Assembly (NCBI RefSeq): GCF_006345805.1
Contig: NC_042997.1
Location: 70,308,001 to 70,372,000, forward strand
Direction of reading: 5' to 3'
Source of the DNA: Octopus sinensis
Lineage: Eukaryota
DNA length: 64,000 nucleotides
In this document: positions 13,641-26,642 of the stretch, in pieces
How the letters are laid out: every line of letters begins with the position of its first letter
Position numbering within the stretch: the stretch's first letter is position 1
Translations under genes and position numbers: made by a program
Notes under the pieces: model-generated
Seen by the model: only the letters and a program-made list of their open reading frames with translations
The model's database searches: none
Told to the model about the DNA's origin: nothing

Positions 13641-14740
13641 ATACACACACACACACACATGTATGTATGTATGAATGTATGTATGTATGTATGTATGTAT
13701 GTATGTATGTATGTATGTATGAATGTATGTATGTATGTATGTATGTATGTATGTATGTATGTATGTATGTATAAACACGCAATATACATAAATACCCTGT
13801 TCATTGCAGGTAAATATACAAGTATTCAAATATGTAATATTGATGTTTTCTACATGAAATTTTGACGATAAAATGTTTTTAATTTCCCAGAAAAGGTGAA
13901 TGAAACATTTTCTATACATGAAGTCAGAAACATATCTTTCAGATATATGTTTTATGATTTTATTAACTTTTTTTCAGTATATGCCAATATATCCAATATT
14001 TTTATTGTTTTCTTTCCTCAAATAACTAACGTTTCGATTTTTCTTAGTTGTTTTCTTTAAGATTCAATCAGTAGAATCTACTGCATTTTCACTTCGTCTC
14101 CTGACAAGCATAACAACCATTGCATTTTCTATGTATTCACCTTTTGGATGCTTTAATATTTATAATATTCATTATGTTGACTAGTACAAGAGCGATTCTA
14201 TATTTCATCCACTTCAGGAAGACGGATAAGCAAAGTTGATATGGATGGCTAATTTTGAAAAATGCATGCAAATCTATAAAACCAAAACGGTAGGTAGTTT
14301 GCTTGCCCGATACTTTAATGATCCTATCAGTTCTGCAGGGATGGTCTTGTACTCTAAGTCTTCAAATATTTAAAATTTGCAATAAATTAAAAAGATTTTT
14401 CGTTTGTGGAGTATCTATGTGCCCCGTCTCATATATGACCTTCATAATATCCACATTACTCTCTCAAAGCGCTTAAAGTTAAATAGATAAACCGTGTTAA
14501 GGTAGATAAACCATGCGTGTGAAAACCGCGAACAAAGCTGCACAGGAATATCTACCGTGGAGGAACATGTACAGCAACAGAACCAAATAAGCTCACATCA
14601 ATGTTATATTAAAGGATGTTAGCACACTTATCCAAAAGAAACACGTAGCGGCTTGGGATTGGAATCTAATGAAAATAACATAAAACTAATAAGCAAAATT
14701 TGAAAATGTATAAGTCTCTATTCTTCTTTATGATGTCTTG

Positions 14741-14784
<44 letters not shown>

Positions 14785-14787
<3 letters not shown>

Positions 14788-15070
14788 CGGGAAGCTTTAT
14801 GAAAATAGACAAAAGACGAAGGCAGGTTTACGGAAATAAACAAAAGACGAAGGCAGGTGGAATACAAACAAACAATTGTATTAGTATGGCGCTCAGGAAA
14901 TATAAATAAAACAAGTCTTTAACGTTTCGAGCCTACGCTCTTCAACAGAAAGATACACAGAGAAAAAACACAGAAAGAAGGAGAAAAAAAATGCGTGCAG
15001 AGACTAGCGAATCAACATGGCGATCTGATTTCGGCCAGAAGTCAAAGATCAAACATGAGACGCAAGAGCG
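14785..15070 (-). mobile_element. PLE-type non-coding 3' end inserted in (TA)n
   Basis: Tail CCATACTAATACAATTG...CCACCTGCCTTCGTCTTTTGTTTAT is shared with 40440-40530 and 41443-41530; carries a hammerhead-like motif. Confidence 0.65.
14916..14953 (-). ncRNA. Minimal type I hammerhead-like motif, variant core
   Basis: UCUUU-CUGUUGA-A-GAGC(GUAG)GCUC-GAA-ACGU-U-AAAGA: helix I 5 bp, helix II 4 bp, palindromic helix III ACGU; A6U change and an extra A. Confidence 0.55.
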
Positions 15071-16274
15071 AAATTAGGGGAGATAATAGGGTTGAATGAC
15101 CTCGCTCCAACATAAGAGTGTGTGTGTGTGTATGAGAAGAGTGTGTGTGTGTGTATGAGAGAGTATTAGTGCGTATGAGAGGTCTGGACGTGTGTATGTA
15201 TATATGATGTGATGTGTAAAGTCGTATGGTGTAGTGTAGAGAGAGGAGATGAGGGAAGAGTTCTGTATGTACAACTTCAAGCTCAAAGATGTATGTATAG
15301 AATATAACCTTTATAAATGTATTTTAAAGCCATATAGTCATATGATAACTGTCATAAATGCTAAGTAGTGAAATATGTCTTAGTAGTGAAAGATAGATGT
15401 CTTAATTAGGCATGTAATGTTAGAGTTATAAATGAGAAAAATCTAGAGGAGATTTAATTGGCGTTTCTGGATTGCCAGATATGTTTGAATTTTCTGTTAC
15501 TAATCACAAAGAAAGTCGAGATACCATTATAATCTCTACTAAGTGACAACTTAACATGCCGACCCAAATATCCGTCACAATTTTACCATAAAATCACCGA
15601 CGTATCTCTTACTCCGTCGTTATTTATGTGTTTACAAAAAATTCCAAAGTCTAAACAAAAATTTTGATCTTTCTTAAAATCCTGGAGAACTAACTATTTT
15701 GGTTCCGATCTCTTCAGAAATATTAGTATATTTTAACCCTTTATAATTCTGATTATATCTAAGAGGAAAAAATAGTCTGAATAGTTTCTGCATAGATTTT
15801 CTTTCTTATAAACATTTCAATTATTAAGTATTCAGTTAATAAGTTCTGCTCTGCTAGATTTCCACACATGAATTACGTTTATATAGTACGCTCATTCAAT
15901 ATTTATTTGTCTTCCTCCTTTTTTGATATTCTTGATAATTTTTGGTCACTGTTATTGTCTTTTTTTTTTCACAGTTATTTCAAAGACTACTTGGAAGATT
16001 GCACACATTTCATCTGGAATTCTTCATGTCAGTTTAACGAACGAAGTATGTTGAAGGTGGTCTTATAATTCTTAGTAATTGTTATTAAAACAAGACTTAT
16101 GGACATATGGCTGAAGCGAAATTCTGATACATCTGCGTACATTATTCATTTATTTAAAACGTTTTCTTGTTTATATGTGTGTAGGTGTGTGTGTGTGTGT
16201 GAGTGAGTGTGCGTGCATAACCACCAGCTACTCACAACCCTTACACTTATATACCCACATGCAAAACAATTATT

Positions 16275-16349
<75 letters not shown>

Positions 16350-16446
16350 ACGAACATACATACGTGTAAGTGCGTGAAATATGCGTTTGTATGTATGTAA
16401 GCATGTAAATAGACATATACGTAGGTGTGTGTACACACACACACAA

Positions 16447-16503
<57 letters not shown>

Positions 16504-16849
16504 CGTACATATTTACATACATACACACATATGCGCTACACACACGCGCGCTCACGCATATTTCGCGCACTTACATACACACACACAGGGACCAGTTATG
16601 CATACCTCAATCTTTGAAAGTCACATGTTCTTTGTCAATCAAGCTCCCGGTCAGTAATTTAGCGTTCCACGTGTCTTTCTGTAGACAATCCGTCTTTTTC
16701 ATTTTTCCATTTTTCTGGACTTCCTTCTCGTGTCCAACAAAAAGCTATGCTCAAAGTATCATGTTTTCACTCTGTCTTCCCTGTGAAATTTTGCCGAGCA
16801 TTGAATTAAGATATTCAATATTTTACGTACATTTAACTTTAGTTATTTT

Positions 16850-18160
16850 TGCTATTTCTTTGGTAAATCCATGTACTGTCTGTTGTAATGTTTCCAACTG
16901 TTTGTCATCTTAGATCATTTATATACAAGAGATGGTTGATTATTTTACCGTAGCAGTTGAATCCACACTGAGTTTTGGTTAGCATGTCAGCTAAAGGCGT
17001 CAGTGCTTGGAAGAAAAAGAACGGAGAGAGCGAATCTCCTCGGGTTGTTTCTCTTCTAATGAGGATGGCTTTAGATTTTATAGTTTCCTCTTTTGTCTGG
17101 AGTTCAAACACCGTTAGTCGTTCATTCTTGGCTTGTTTTATGTATTCCATTATTATTGGTGCTATGTTGTTCATAGCAAAAATCCTTTCGATCATCGACT
17201 CAAGCCATGCTTAGACCCTTCGTTTTCTTTCGGCTGCCTTCAGTTATATTTTTTTTTATCAATACCTTATCTTTACAGTTATATGAGCCTGTGCAGCATT
17301 CCATCTGCTCTTCCAGAAACAAGTTGTTTTCTTCCACATGTTTGCCATTTCTTTGCGATGTTATTGAAGCTAAGGCTTTGTAAATTGTAGGGAGACATGT
17401 TATGGAACTATTTTGGGGGGTGGGGGGTTGTCGTTCCAAAGGATTTAGGAATTAGGATAGATTTTCCTCCTCTGATCCATTCAGGTGTTGTCTCTGGCTC
17501 TACTAGTATCTTGTTGAATTTCTTGTTTTCCTGTAAGACATTTTAGCCCCAAACTGGGGATCTTGTGGGGCCAGGTTGCTCTCCAATTGCTTAGTTTTAG
17601 CACGGCTTGAATGACCTCTTACGTTGTTATAGGTATCCAGAGTTGTTCAGGTACTGTGTTTGTTGTTTTAATAGATCTTGTCTGGGGTTATTCTCTTGCC
17701 GGCCTTACTCCTTTCCAAAATTCTTCCACTCCTTGTGCTGTTGGTGCAGCATTAATCTCTATTTTACTTTTGCCAAGTTCTCATAAGAATCATTTTGGAT
17801 TGGAATTGAACTATTTGTTTTCTTCAAAGAATCGTTGACGTCTCGCACACCGGCGAATTCCTTGGTCTTTGGTGAGGATATCTTGCTTTAGCTGTTCTTT
17901 TAGTTTAGGTATGCCTTGTTCTGTTATTTTGTATTCCTATAGTATTTTTCTTTCTTTCTTGTTGCTTAGCTGTGTTGTTTGCCGACTAATTTCATAATGG
18001 ATTGACATGCTTTCTTTTATTTTCTACTTTTTTTTCTGAATATTATTTTTCCATAGCGTTTGTTTTGGTTGGGGTACTCCTATATGGATAAATTTGAGAG
18101 AATGACCAATTTCTTTTGTAGCCAGAGACGCTGCTGCATATATTATATAATTTAATCTGG
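16850..18160 (-). mobile_element. R4/Dong-type (REL) non-LTR retrotransposon RT fossil
   Basis: LKQDILTKDQGIRR, SITCLPTIYKAL...EENNLFLEEQ...GSYNCKDKVLI...GLSMA, RGDSLSPFFF..ALTPL, NHLLYINDL; frameshifts and stops. Confidence 0.85.
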
Positions 18161-20099
18161 TCATATTGACAATTTAAGAAATGAAAACAACAGCGAGCAT
18201 TTTAGGCAGAAAGAGGAGCGGCATACCCCAGTTTCCAGTGTACCATCAATGACATCACTAGAAATGCTGGAAATAGCGAGAAATTTAGACACTGTTTCGT
18301 GACCATTGCAGCCAGCTATGGGACTATTTTCATTTGATGAGGAGGAAGAAATGACATACTGCCATGAAGAACAAACTGCCACTGAAAACACAAGAGATAA
18401 CAGATGAAGAAATACCTTAAGTTAGACAAGTGAACAACAACAATGGGCGGCAAAAAGATCCTAAAATGGTTGTTCATCATCAGCCATCGTCAGCCTCGAA
18501 GAGACATAACAGAAAAGTATTACAAAATGTCCTACAAGCTTGAGAATGAAATGTTCGCGGAAAATAGTTTAATAAAATATGCGAACCATAGAATATTATT
18601 AAAGTTCACACAAACATTTATGAATTCAGTCTCGAATATTTTATGAATTCCCTAACTTTCTGAACCTCAAATGTTTAGCAGATGCATTTGGGTGCACCAT
18701 AACTGAAAACAAGCGGAGTTGGCCGAAGAAATTTGCAGAGTGTTTTGGTCCAAACTATCTATAGATTTTTAAATTCAAAAAATATTCAATTAAAATTAAA
18801 ATTCTATCCTATTTTACATCTATATACTACTAAAACTATCTGATTGCTTGCTTGCTTGTCCTTTAATACAGCCAAACCAGCGCACAATCAGAAAATACTC
18901 TGAAAGTAAAGCACCCCTGAAATGTGAATACAATTGGAATAAAACAATTTTCGCCTTAATCGGACCACGGATACCTGCGATCGGCAGGTTTTTTTTGGGG
19001 GGGGGGGGGGGGGGGCATTCATAAATAACCAAAACCGTGCATAATGGGAAAATACTCTGAAAGTAACATAACTCTGAAATGGAAAAGGTATTTAATTTAT
19101 TTTGTGTTTACGTTATATAACAGTTCCTTATGCATTTTTGTAGAAGTGTGCATACATACCATAAATATATACTGTTACTGGATTTCAGTTTATCCTGGAG
19201 GATTTCTATTAGATACTGTAAGAAATCAATAAAACTTTGTAAACCAGACCTATGATGACACGAACGAATTGAAATATTTAACTGAATCACCATAAAATTA
19301 ACTTTCATTTCAATGCAATGTTGAAATCAGATTCAATGTTTTATAACCAGAATCGTCTGTGAGTCAACGGGTCACGGATAGTCTAGTATTCTACTAAAAT
19401 TCAAAATTTATCTTATTTTAATCATTGTACTTTACTTTGTTTCAAAATCATATTTCAATTTACTAAATTTTTAATCCATTTGTTGTATAATGTTTTCACA
19501 GACCTCTCGTTTTATAAACCGTTTATTTTCTTCTACAGGCTTACATGCATTGCATTTTATGTATGAAATCATTTCGGATAATACCTAAATATCAATATGT
19601 ATTTGTATTGTTAGAATCGCTAGAGTGTCGGGAACATAACTTGCATCATTCATTCCACTCACTATCTTCTTAGTTCAATACTACCTAGGTCAACAGCGCT
19701 TTTCATCACTCCAGGACTGATAAAATATATTATTGCACCAGTCAAGGATGTTATCGAATAGATTTACCCTTCAAATTTGATGGACCTATACCTAATTCGA
19801 AAAGAACTATCAACTGTCGCTGGGAACAATCCTTCATGTTGAGGTTAGTCTTCCTGATAATTGATTTAAAACTTGGGTGGTAGTGGCAGGTGTGCTTTCA
19901 TCTGTTGTCACAAAAGATTTTAAGCTGAAAGAAAACTAGTAAGAAATGTTTCCATGTGTATTTTGTGTTGTATTTTTTTCTCATTCTCATCATCGCACTC
20001 TTTCCTGTTGCAAACTACCTTTTCCAGAATGTCCGTAATAATACTGGAACTTAGTAGAACTTTCTTATGATACATTGTTATTCCTGCAAGCTTTTTAGA

Positions 20100-20178
<79 letters not shown>

Positions 20179-20355
20179 CGTATTTGTTAACGCTTTAAAT
20201 AGATTCCAGTAGACAATTAATATTGTTTAGTGAAGGAGAAATGGAAAATAACAAAGAAAATCTCAACATAAACAAAAATCTCTCAATCTATCCTATGTGT
20301 CTGCCTTTCTCTTTATATACATAAGCATACATATATACATACATTCATACATCTG

Positions 20356-20393
<38 letters not shown>

Positions 20394-20450
20394 GATAGAT
20401 ATATATAGATATATGTATGAATGTATAAATGTATATATATATGTATGTAC

Positions 20451-20486
<36 letters not shown>

Positions 20487-21521
20487 ATACGTATATGTAT
20501 ATATATACATACATATAAATAAGTATATATATATATATATATGTAAGTATATATGTATATATGTATGTATGTATATATATACATATATATATATATGCAC
20601 CTATGTATGTCTGTGTTATTCTATGTGTGTGGTTTAGAAAATAAGAAGCATGTAGGAAAAGAGTTTGCTTATACCACAGCTAAATCTCTATGTGCCAAGG
20701 CGATTATCTCCAATTGGTTCTGGGATGAAGTCCAAAACAGCTGGGATGAAATGTGTGCAACGTATGTTTTTTACTTGTACTCCAGCAACATCTAGGAATA
20801 CCGCCCTTCTGGAATCAGTGATGTGTGTATTAGAACCATTGTTTTTCGTGGCGTAGCTACCACGTGTTGTACAGTTGCCGATGAAACAGGGGATTAAGTA
20901 GTTGTTAGAAAGTAAGAAAAAAATGAAATACAACAGAACTAGCGAGCGAAATGTACGAAAACATGTGTATATGCGTGTGTGTATGTGTGAGTGCGCGCGT
21001 GCGAGCGTGCGTCCGTGCGTGCGTGCGTGTGTGTGAGTAGAGAAGGTTGTAAAATGATGTCGAGGAGAAAGCGTAAAATTTTTTTTTCTTCGAGTTGGAA
21101 AGGAAGTGACAAGAAAGGAAGCGCTAAATTCAAAGTAAACAGACATAATAGCACATAATAAAAACGAAAACAGAGAGAAATTTAATAAAAACAAACCGAA
21201 CAGATTCGTTCAGAAACCTTGTTTATGTGTATTTTCAAACGTAAACGACGTAAAACCAATAGCTACGTTGATATTAATTAGCCAATAAGCCAATAAGCAA
21301 GCAAATGGAATAAAAAGAGAGACTAAAAATAGGAAAACAAAATATATCAATCAAATTTTATCATATTGTTGCCTTTGTCTTCATTTTTTTCCAGATATAG
21401 ATTCATTAGTATAACATTAGATCATCGTTGTCTTGAAAGACTCATGAATGCAGCAAAGCACAAATGCTCGCTCACAAACAGATATACATATACATACACA
21501 CATATACAGATATAAATATTG

Positions 21522-21973
21522 TGTGCAGGCGTGGCTGTGTGGTAAGTACCTTGCTTACTAACAACATGGTTCCCGGTTCAGTCCCACTGCGTGGTACCTT
21601 GGGCGAGTGCCTTCTACTATAACCTCGGGTTGACCAAAGCTTTGTCAGCAGATTTGGTAGACGGAAACTGAAAGAAGCCCGTCGTATAAATATATATATA
21701 TAGATATATGTATGTATGGATGATGCATGTGTCGACAGATGGATGCATGCATGCATTTCTGCGTCTGTGTTTGTCCCCTGACCATCGCTTGACAACGTAT
21801 GGTGGTGTGTTTACGTCCCCGTAATAAAGCGTATCGGCAAAAGGAACCGATATAATAAGTACTAGGCTTACAAAGAATAAGTCCTGGGGTCGATTGTTCG
21901 ACTAAAGGCGGTGCTTCAGCATGGCCGCAGTCAAATGACTGAAACAAAGAAATGAGTAAATGAGTAAAAGAGT
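21522..21973 (+). mobile_element. tRNA-derived SINE with central microsatellite
   Basis: Full-length match by eye to 54391-54804. Confidence 0.85.
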
Positions 21974-23175
21974 ACACATATATATTGCATATATATATAT
22001 ATATATATATATTTATTTTTACTTATATATAAGCGAATATGTGCGCGTGTGTGTGTGAAATAGAGGTAAATAGAGGTAAACTGCTTAATGGTTAAAGCGT
22101 TTATTTGAAACGACAAGAAAGAAAGTGCAAGAGGAGTGGGCAAAGAACAAATTACGGAAGTCAAGTCAAACCAAGAAAAATGTACAAGATAGTACTAAGA
22201 AAACAAACAACCAGTACTCTTATAATGAAGTGTTTTGCGATATTTCTTCTGCATCAACTTAAAGATACTCTCGTTGTCCTATGATTGAGCCTTGGAAAAT
22301 CTTGAACCAATGACACTAATCTCTACTACTTGCCAGATCTAAAATACATATTAATTAATTTTTTAGCAGGTCAGGTAGTTATGGATGTATAAGGAAATAT
22401 TTCTTAGACGTTTCATGCGACAAGAGACAGACATCGGTACATGCGTTCTCAAACTTCTGAGGTACGTGGAATAATTATCTAAACGTTACATAATATTAAT
22501 GACTCGAAATCGTACTGAAACCTACAGATTGCCTGAAATTTAGTGGGTGTTCTTTACATTAAAATTAATTTGCTTCAATGAAAATAGAAAAGTCTCATTG
22601 AAATTACTTCTAGCGCTGTCCAGACCCGTTATGGTATGGATTTTAAATACAGAAAAACTAAGTTTCGGTTAAAATGTACTCCCAATGTCCATTACGGTTT
22701 TGACGTAAGAGGATAATATCTAAAAGTATTTGTGTTTATATATTGTATGCTACCGACGTACAGAGCAGAAGAGTTGACGGGAAATTAAACGATCATACTT
22801 CTTCTACAACGATAAATTTGAACAAAATGCGAATTGATTCCATGTCTGCTGTTAAAACGTTATTCTGCAACATTCACCTAAGCGAAACATATGAGAAGTA
22901 TATAGCAAAAAATGCAAGGGATTGCAAGCACACACACAGATGCACACACATTCACACATACACACATGCACTAACACAGAGAGCAATCATCCCTTTCTTT
23001 GTCTTTCTCTCTCTCTCTATGTCGCTATACATTCATACATGAATACATACACACATACATACATACATATATATATATATATATGCATATATATATATAT
23101 TATATATATATAATATATATACATATACATATATATAATATATATATATATATATAACATATATATATATATATA

Positions 23176-23550
23176 TGAAATGGCAAAAATACGTCACGAT
23201 GTGTTACCGCTACTGTATATAACTCACTTTGATATTTATCATTGTTTGATTTCACTTTTTCATTATCAGCGACAGTGGACGCTGGAAAAAGTATAAGTAT
23301 TGTGAAGGAAATCTAATTCTCGGCGACACTATGATTGTCACACGCTGACGAGAGGTCAATACCTCGAAACTCGAGTCCGTGTGTATCATAAGTTGAAGAC
23401 GGAAGGATGACTTCCCTTTGCAAATACTGACAGGACACAGATAGTGTGTCTATGGCCAGCTGGAGGAGTGTGTCCTCCTGGGGCTAAAAACTACAGTAGC
23501 ATCCACCCTTAGGGGTTAGCCATATTGAAATGGCAAAAATACGTCACGAT
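23176..23550 (+). mobile_element. 350-bp hammerhead-containing monomer with a 25-bp terminal direct repeat (retrozyme-like)
   Basis: TGAAATGGCAAAAATACGTCACGAT at 23176-23200 and 23526-23550; TA-rich tracts on both sides; canonical hammerhead inside. Confidence 0.8.
23330..23390 (+). ncRNA. Type I hammerhead ribozyme, canonical core
   Basis: Helix I CACACG/CGUGUG (extended by UAUGAU/AUCAUA across an internal loop); CUGACGA 23345-23351; helix II GAGGU(CAAU)ACCUC; GAA; palindromic helix III ACUCGAGU; GUC cleavage after 23377. Confidence 0.92.
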
Positions 23551-23764
23551 ATATATTTATATATATATATATAATACTAAGCAATTAAGTGTTTAGCAAC
23601 GAATTGCCTTACCACACACCGAATTTAGAAATAGCAGTCAAAGAGATTATGGCTATTTCTTCTACTAAAAGGGAGATCACAGTAAAGGCACAGCATTTGA
23701 AAGGCAAACACAAACAGGTAAAAGAGAATGAATTAACGGCAATCTATCATACAGTTTTAAGTCA

Positions 23765-23856
23765 CCTACGGACGTACGTTTCGAGATCAAGTCTTAGGAA
23801 AGCATAAGAATTAGATAACTCTACTTTACCCAGACTTCTTCTTTCATCAGCGCAGG
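23765..23856 (-). ncRNA. Inverted copy of the 24484 hammerhead
   Basis: Lies in the fold-back arm; helix I CCUGCG/CGUAGG. Confidence 0.72.
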
Positions 23857-24483
23857 ATACAAACAATCATGAATGATTGAATATTGAAATTTGAGGTACT
23901 AGAAGGCACCAACTCAACTCAGTATCAGAGCGAGCTAGAAGCCACAGCTAGTATCACCAAATTCAAAGTATGAATGAAAGCTTGTGTCACCAGTCCCTTC
24001 CCACCCGCGTGTAGCCGCCGTTAATTCATTCTCTTTTACCTGTTTGTGTTTGCCTTTCAAATGCTGTGCCTTTATTGTGATCTCCCTTTTAGTAGAAGAA
24101 ATAGCTATAATCTCTTTGACTGCTATTTCTAATTCGGTGTGTGGTAAGGCAATTCGTTGCTAAACCTTAATTGCTTTATTACTTAAATTTTCCTCGAATG
24201 AGGCTTTTACATGCCGAAGACTACTTGGTGTAATTGATAATTGTTCCAAATTAATTAATTTCACCCTTCATTGTTACTCATAAACCATATTCATCCCAGT
24301 AAATGACCACAGCACTTTGTCTTGGCTACACGCGGGTGGGAAGGGACTGGTGACACAAGCTTTCATTCATACTTTGAATTTGGTGATACTAGCTGTGGCT
24401 TCTAGCTCGCTCTGATACTGAGTTGAGTTGGTGCCTTCTAGTATCTCAAAATTCAATATTCAATCATTCATGATTGTTTGTAT

Positions 24484-24574
24484 CTGCGCTGATGAAAGAA
24501 GAAGTCTGGGTAAAGTAGAGTTATCTAATTCTTATGCTTTCCTAAGACTTGATCTCGAAACGTACGTCCGTAGG
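24484..24574 (+). ncRNA. Type I hammerhead with a 61-nt helix II
   Basis: CUGCG/CGUAG helix I; CUGAUGA 24489-24495; long imperfect hairpin 24496-24556; GAA; ACGUACGU palindrome; GUC cleavage after 24568. A10.1-C11.1 mismatch may impair activity. Confidence 0.75.
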
Positions 24575-24825
24575 TGACTTAAAACTGTATGATAGATTGC
24601 CGTTAATTCATTCTCTTTTACCTGTTTGTGTTTGCCTTTCAAATGCTGTGCCTTTACTGTGATCTCCCTTTTAGTAGAAGAAATAGCTATAATCTCTTTG
24701 ACTGCTATTTCTAAATTCGGTGTGTGGTAAGGCAATTCGTTGCTAAACCCTTAATTGCTTAGTATTACTTAAATTTTCCTCGAATGAGGCTTTTACATGC
24801 CGAAGACTACTTGGTGTAATTGATA

Positions 24826-24858
<33 letters not shown>

Positions 24859-24865
<7 letters not shown>

Positions 24866-26006
24866 CAACAATTGAGGGCAAAATAATTAATTATTAATCA
24901 ATTTCACCAAGTGTTCAGTATGCAAAGGGACCATTCAAGGCGAATTCAAATTATTCATTATATAAAAGGGCTTAGTAAAATAAATTACTTTGCCGCATAC
25001 TGAACTCATTAGAAATAGCAGCTAAAAAATTTTTTAAGGCTATTTCTATACTTAAAGAAAATCTCTCTCATATATAGTGTTTGCATAATTAACTCACAAA
25101 AGTTTGGGGGGTAATGACATCGAAAAATCAAATGCTAAGGTTATTCGAGAACGTACGTTTCAAGATTAGTCAAAACAACATTTCTATCATCGGCTCGGAA
25201 ATTCCTTGGTTTGGATTTGGAAACACTGAAAATAAGAACATACCCTCTCGAAGATCTGCTCCCAACTAACAGTGTCAACAAATTCAAAATAAGCAAGCGA
25301 AGAATCTCTGTTCTCCCTTTCCACCAGCGTGGGTTAAAATCATAAACTCTATGCTTATTTCGGTAAAGTCCGAAGCATTAATCAGAGGGAGATTAATTAT
25401 AATTTCAACAATTGAGGGCAAAATTAATTAATTATTAATCAATTTCACCAAGTGTTCAGTATGCAAAGGGACCATTCAAGGCGAATTCAAATTATTACAT
25501 ATATAAAAGGGCTTAGTAAAATAAATTACTTTGCCGCATACTGAACTCATTAGAAATAGCAGCTAAAAAACTTTTTTAAGGCTATTTCTAATACTTAAAG
25601 AAAATCTCTCTCATATATAGTGTTTGCATAATTTAACTCACAAAAGTTTGGGGGGTAATGACATCGAAAAATCAAATGCTAAGGTTATTCGAGAACGTAC
25701 GTTTCAAGATAGTCAAAACAACATTTCTATCATCGGCTCGGAAATTCCTTGGTTTGGATTTGGAAACACTGAAAATAAGAACATACCCTCTCGAAGATCT
25801 GCTCCCAACTAACAGTGTCAACAAATTCAAAAATAGCAAGCGAAGAATGTCATTACCCCAAACTTTTGTGAGTTAAATTATGCAAACACTATATATGAGA
25901 GAGATTTTCTTTAAGGATTAGAAATAGCCTTAAAAAAGTTTTTTAGCTGCTATTTCTAATGAGTTCAGATGCGGCAAAGTAATTTATTTTACTAAGCCCT
26001 TTTATA
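24859..26006 (-). mobile_element. (TA)n-inserted element: 540-bp head-to-tail partial dimer plus fold-back arm
   Basis: AATTTCAACAATTGAGGG at 24861 and 25401 (period 540); 25849-26006 is the reverse complement of about 25502-25662; same family as 58885-59365. Confidence 0.85.
25146..25197 (-). ncRNA. Degenerate hammerhead-like motif (second copy at 25690-25740)
   Basis: CGAG-CCGAUGA-(25 nt, weak stem)-GAA-ACGUACGU-U-CUCG: helix I 4 bp, palindromic helix III, U4C change, poor helix II. Confidence 0.55.
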
Positions 26007-26597
26007 AAGTATATATATTATATATATATATATATATCAACATAAAGAAAGAAAGAAAAAGAAAAGAAAAAAAGAAGTACATAAAAGTAAAATGTACAAA
26101 GCGAACCAAAGAGCATGGAAGATTGCTTTTATTATGTTGTGAAATTATAAATTAAAAGTAGATGATTAAGTGTAGATGAACAGTAATTTTTCTAATTGAT
26201 ACTTCGTGTCATTCAGGTATGACTAGCAATTTGTTTAGAACTACAAAATTACCATATGTCATTTCAATTACTTCGGATCAGGAACGCACAAAGTGATCGA
26301 TATGTACATATTGAAACAAATAGTTAAATAACTTAACTTGAAATGTGCTTAAATTGTCAATTAAAATAGATTTATGTGTTCCAAGTTTGTACATTTAAAT
26401 AATTGAGTAAGTTAAAACTGGTGGTTTCTTCCACGGAAATAATCTTTTGCGTACGTATACAGCACAGGAATGTCCATTTATCATCGGATCACCCGTTACA
26501 TATACAACTCCCACAATGTGCCGTTGTCTTGTAATATAATTGTGTAGGTGTGTGTTTTTGTGTATTATGTGTGCGGTGTTTGTGCGTGTGCGCGCGT

Positions 26598-26642
<45 letters not shown>

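Larger units (their letters stand above)
23572..24830 (+). mobile_element. (TA)n-inserted hammerhead element: partial tandem (period about 582 bp) plus a 445-bp fold-back arm
   Basis: 23572-24016 is the reverse complement of 24324-24767; 24017-24244 directly repeats 24599-24830; (TA)n on both sides. Confidence 0.85.

Noticed and set aside
19540-19920. Possible Helitron Rep/helicase fossil on minus
   Set aside because: Only faint motif similarity across several frameshifts.
23572-26006. CRISPR-like array or an artefact-only explanation of the repeats
   Set aside because: No repeat-spacer periodicity or cas genes. Artefact remains possible for individual near-identical arms but does not explain the diverged arms at 47291 and 50555-51430 or the recurrent layout.
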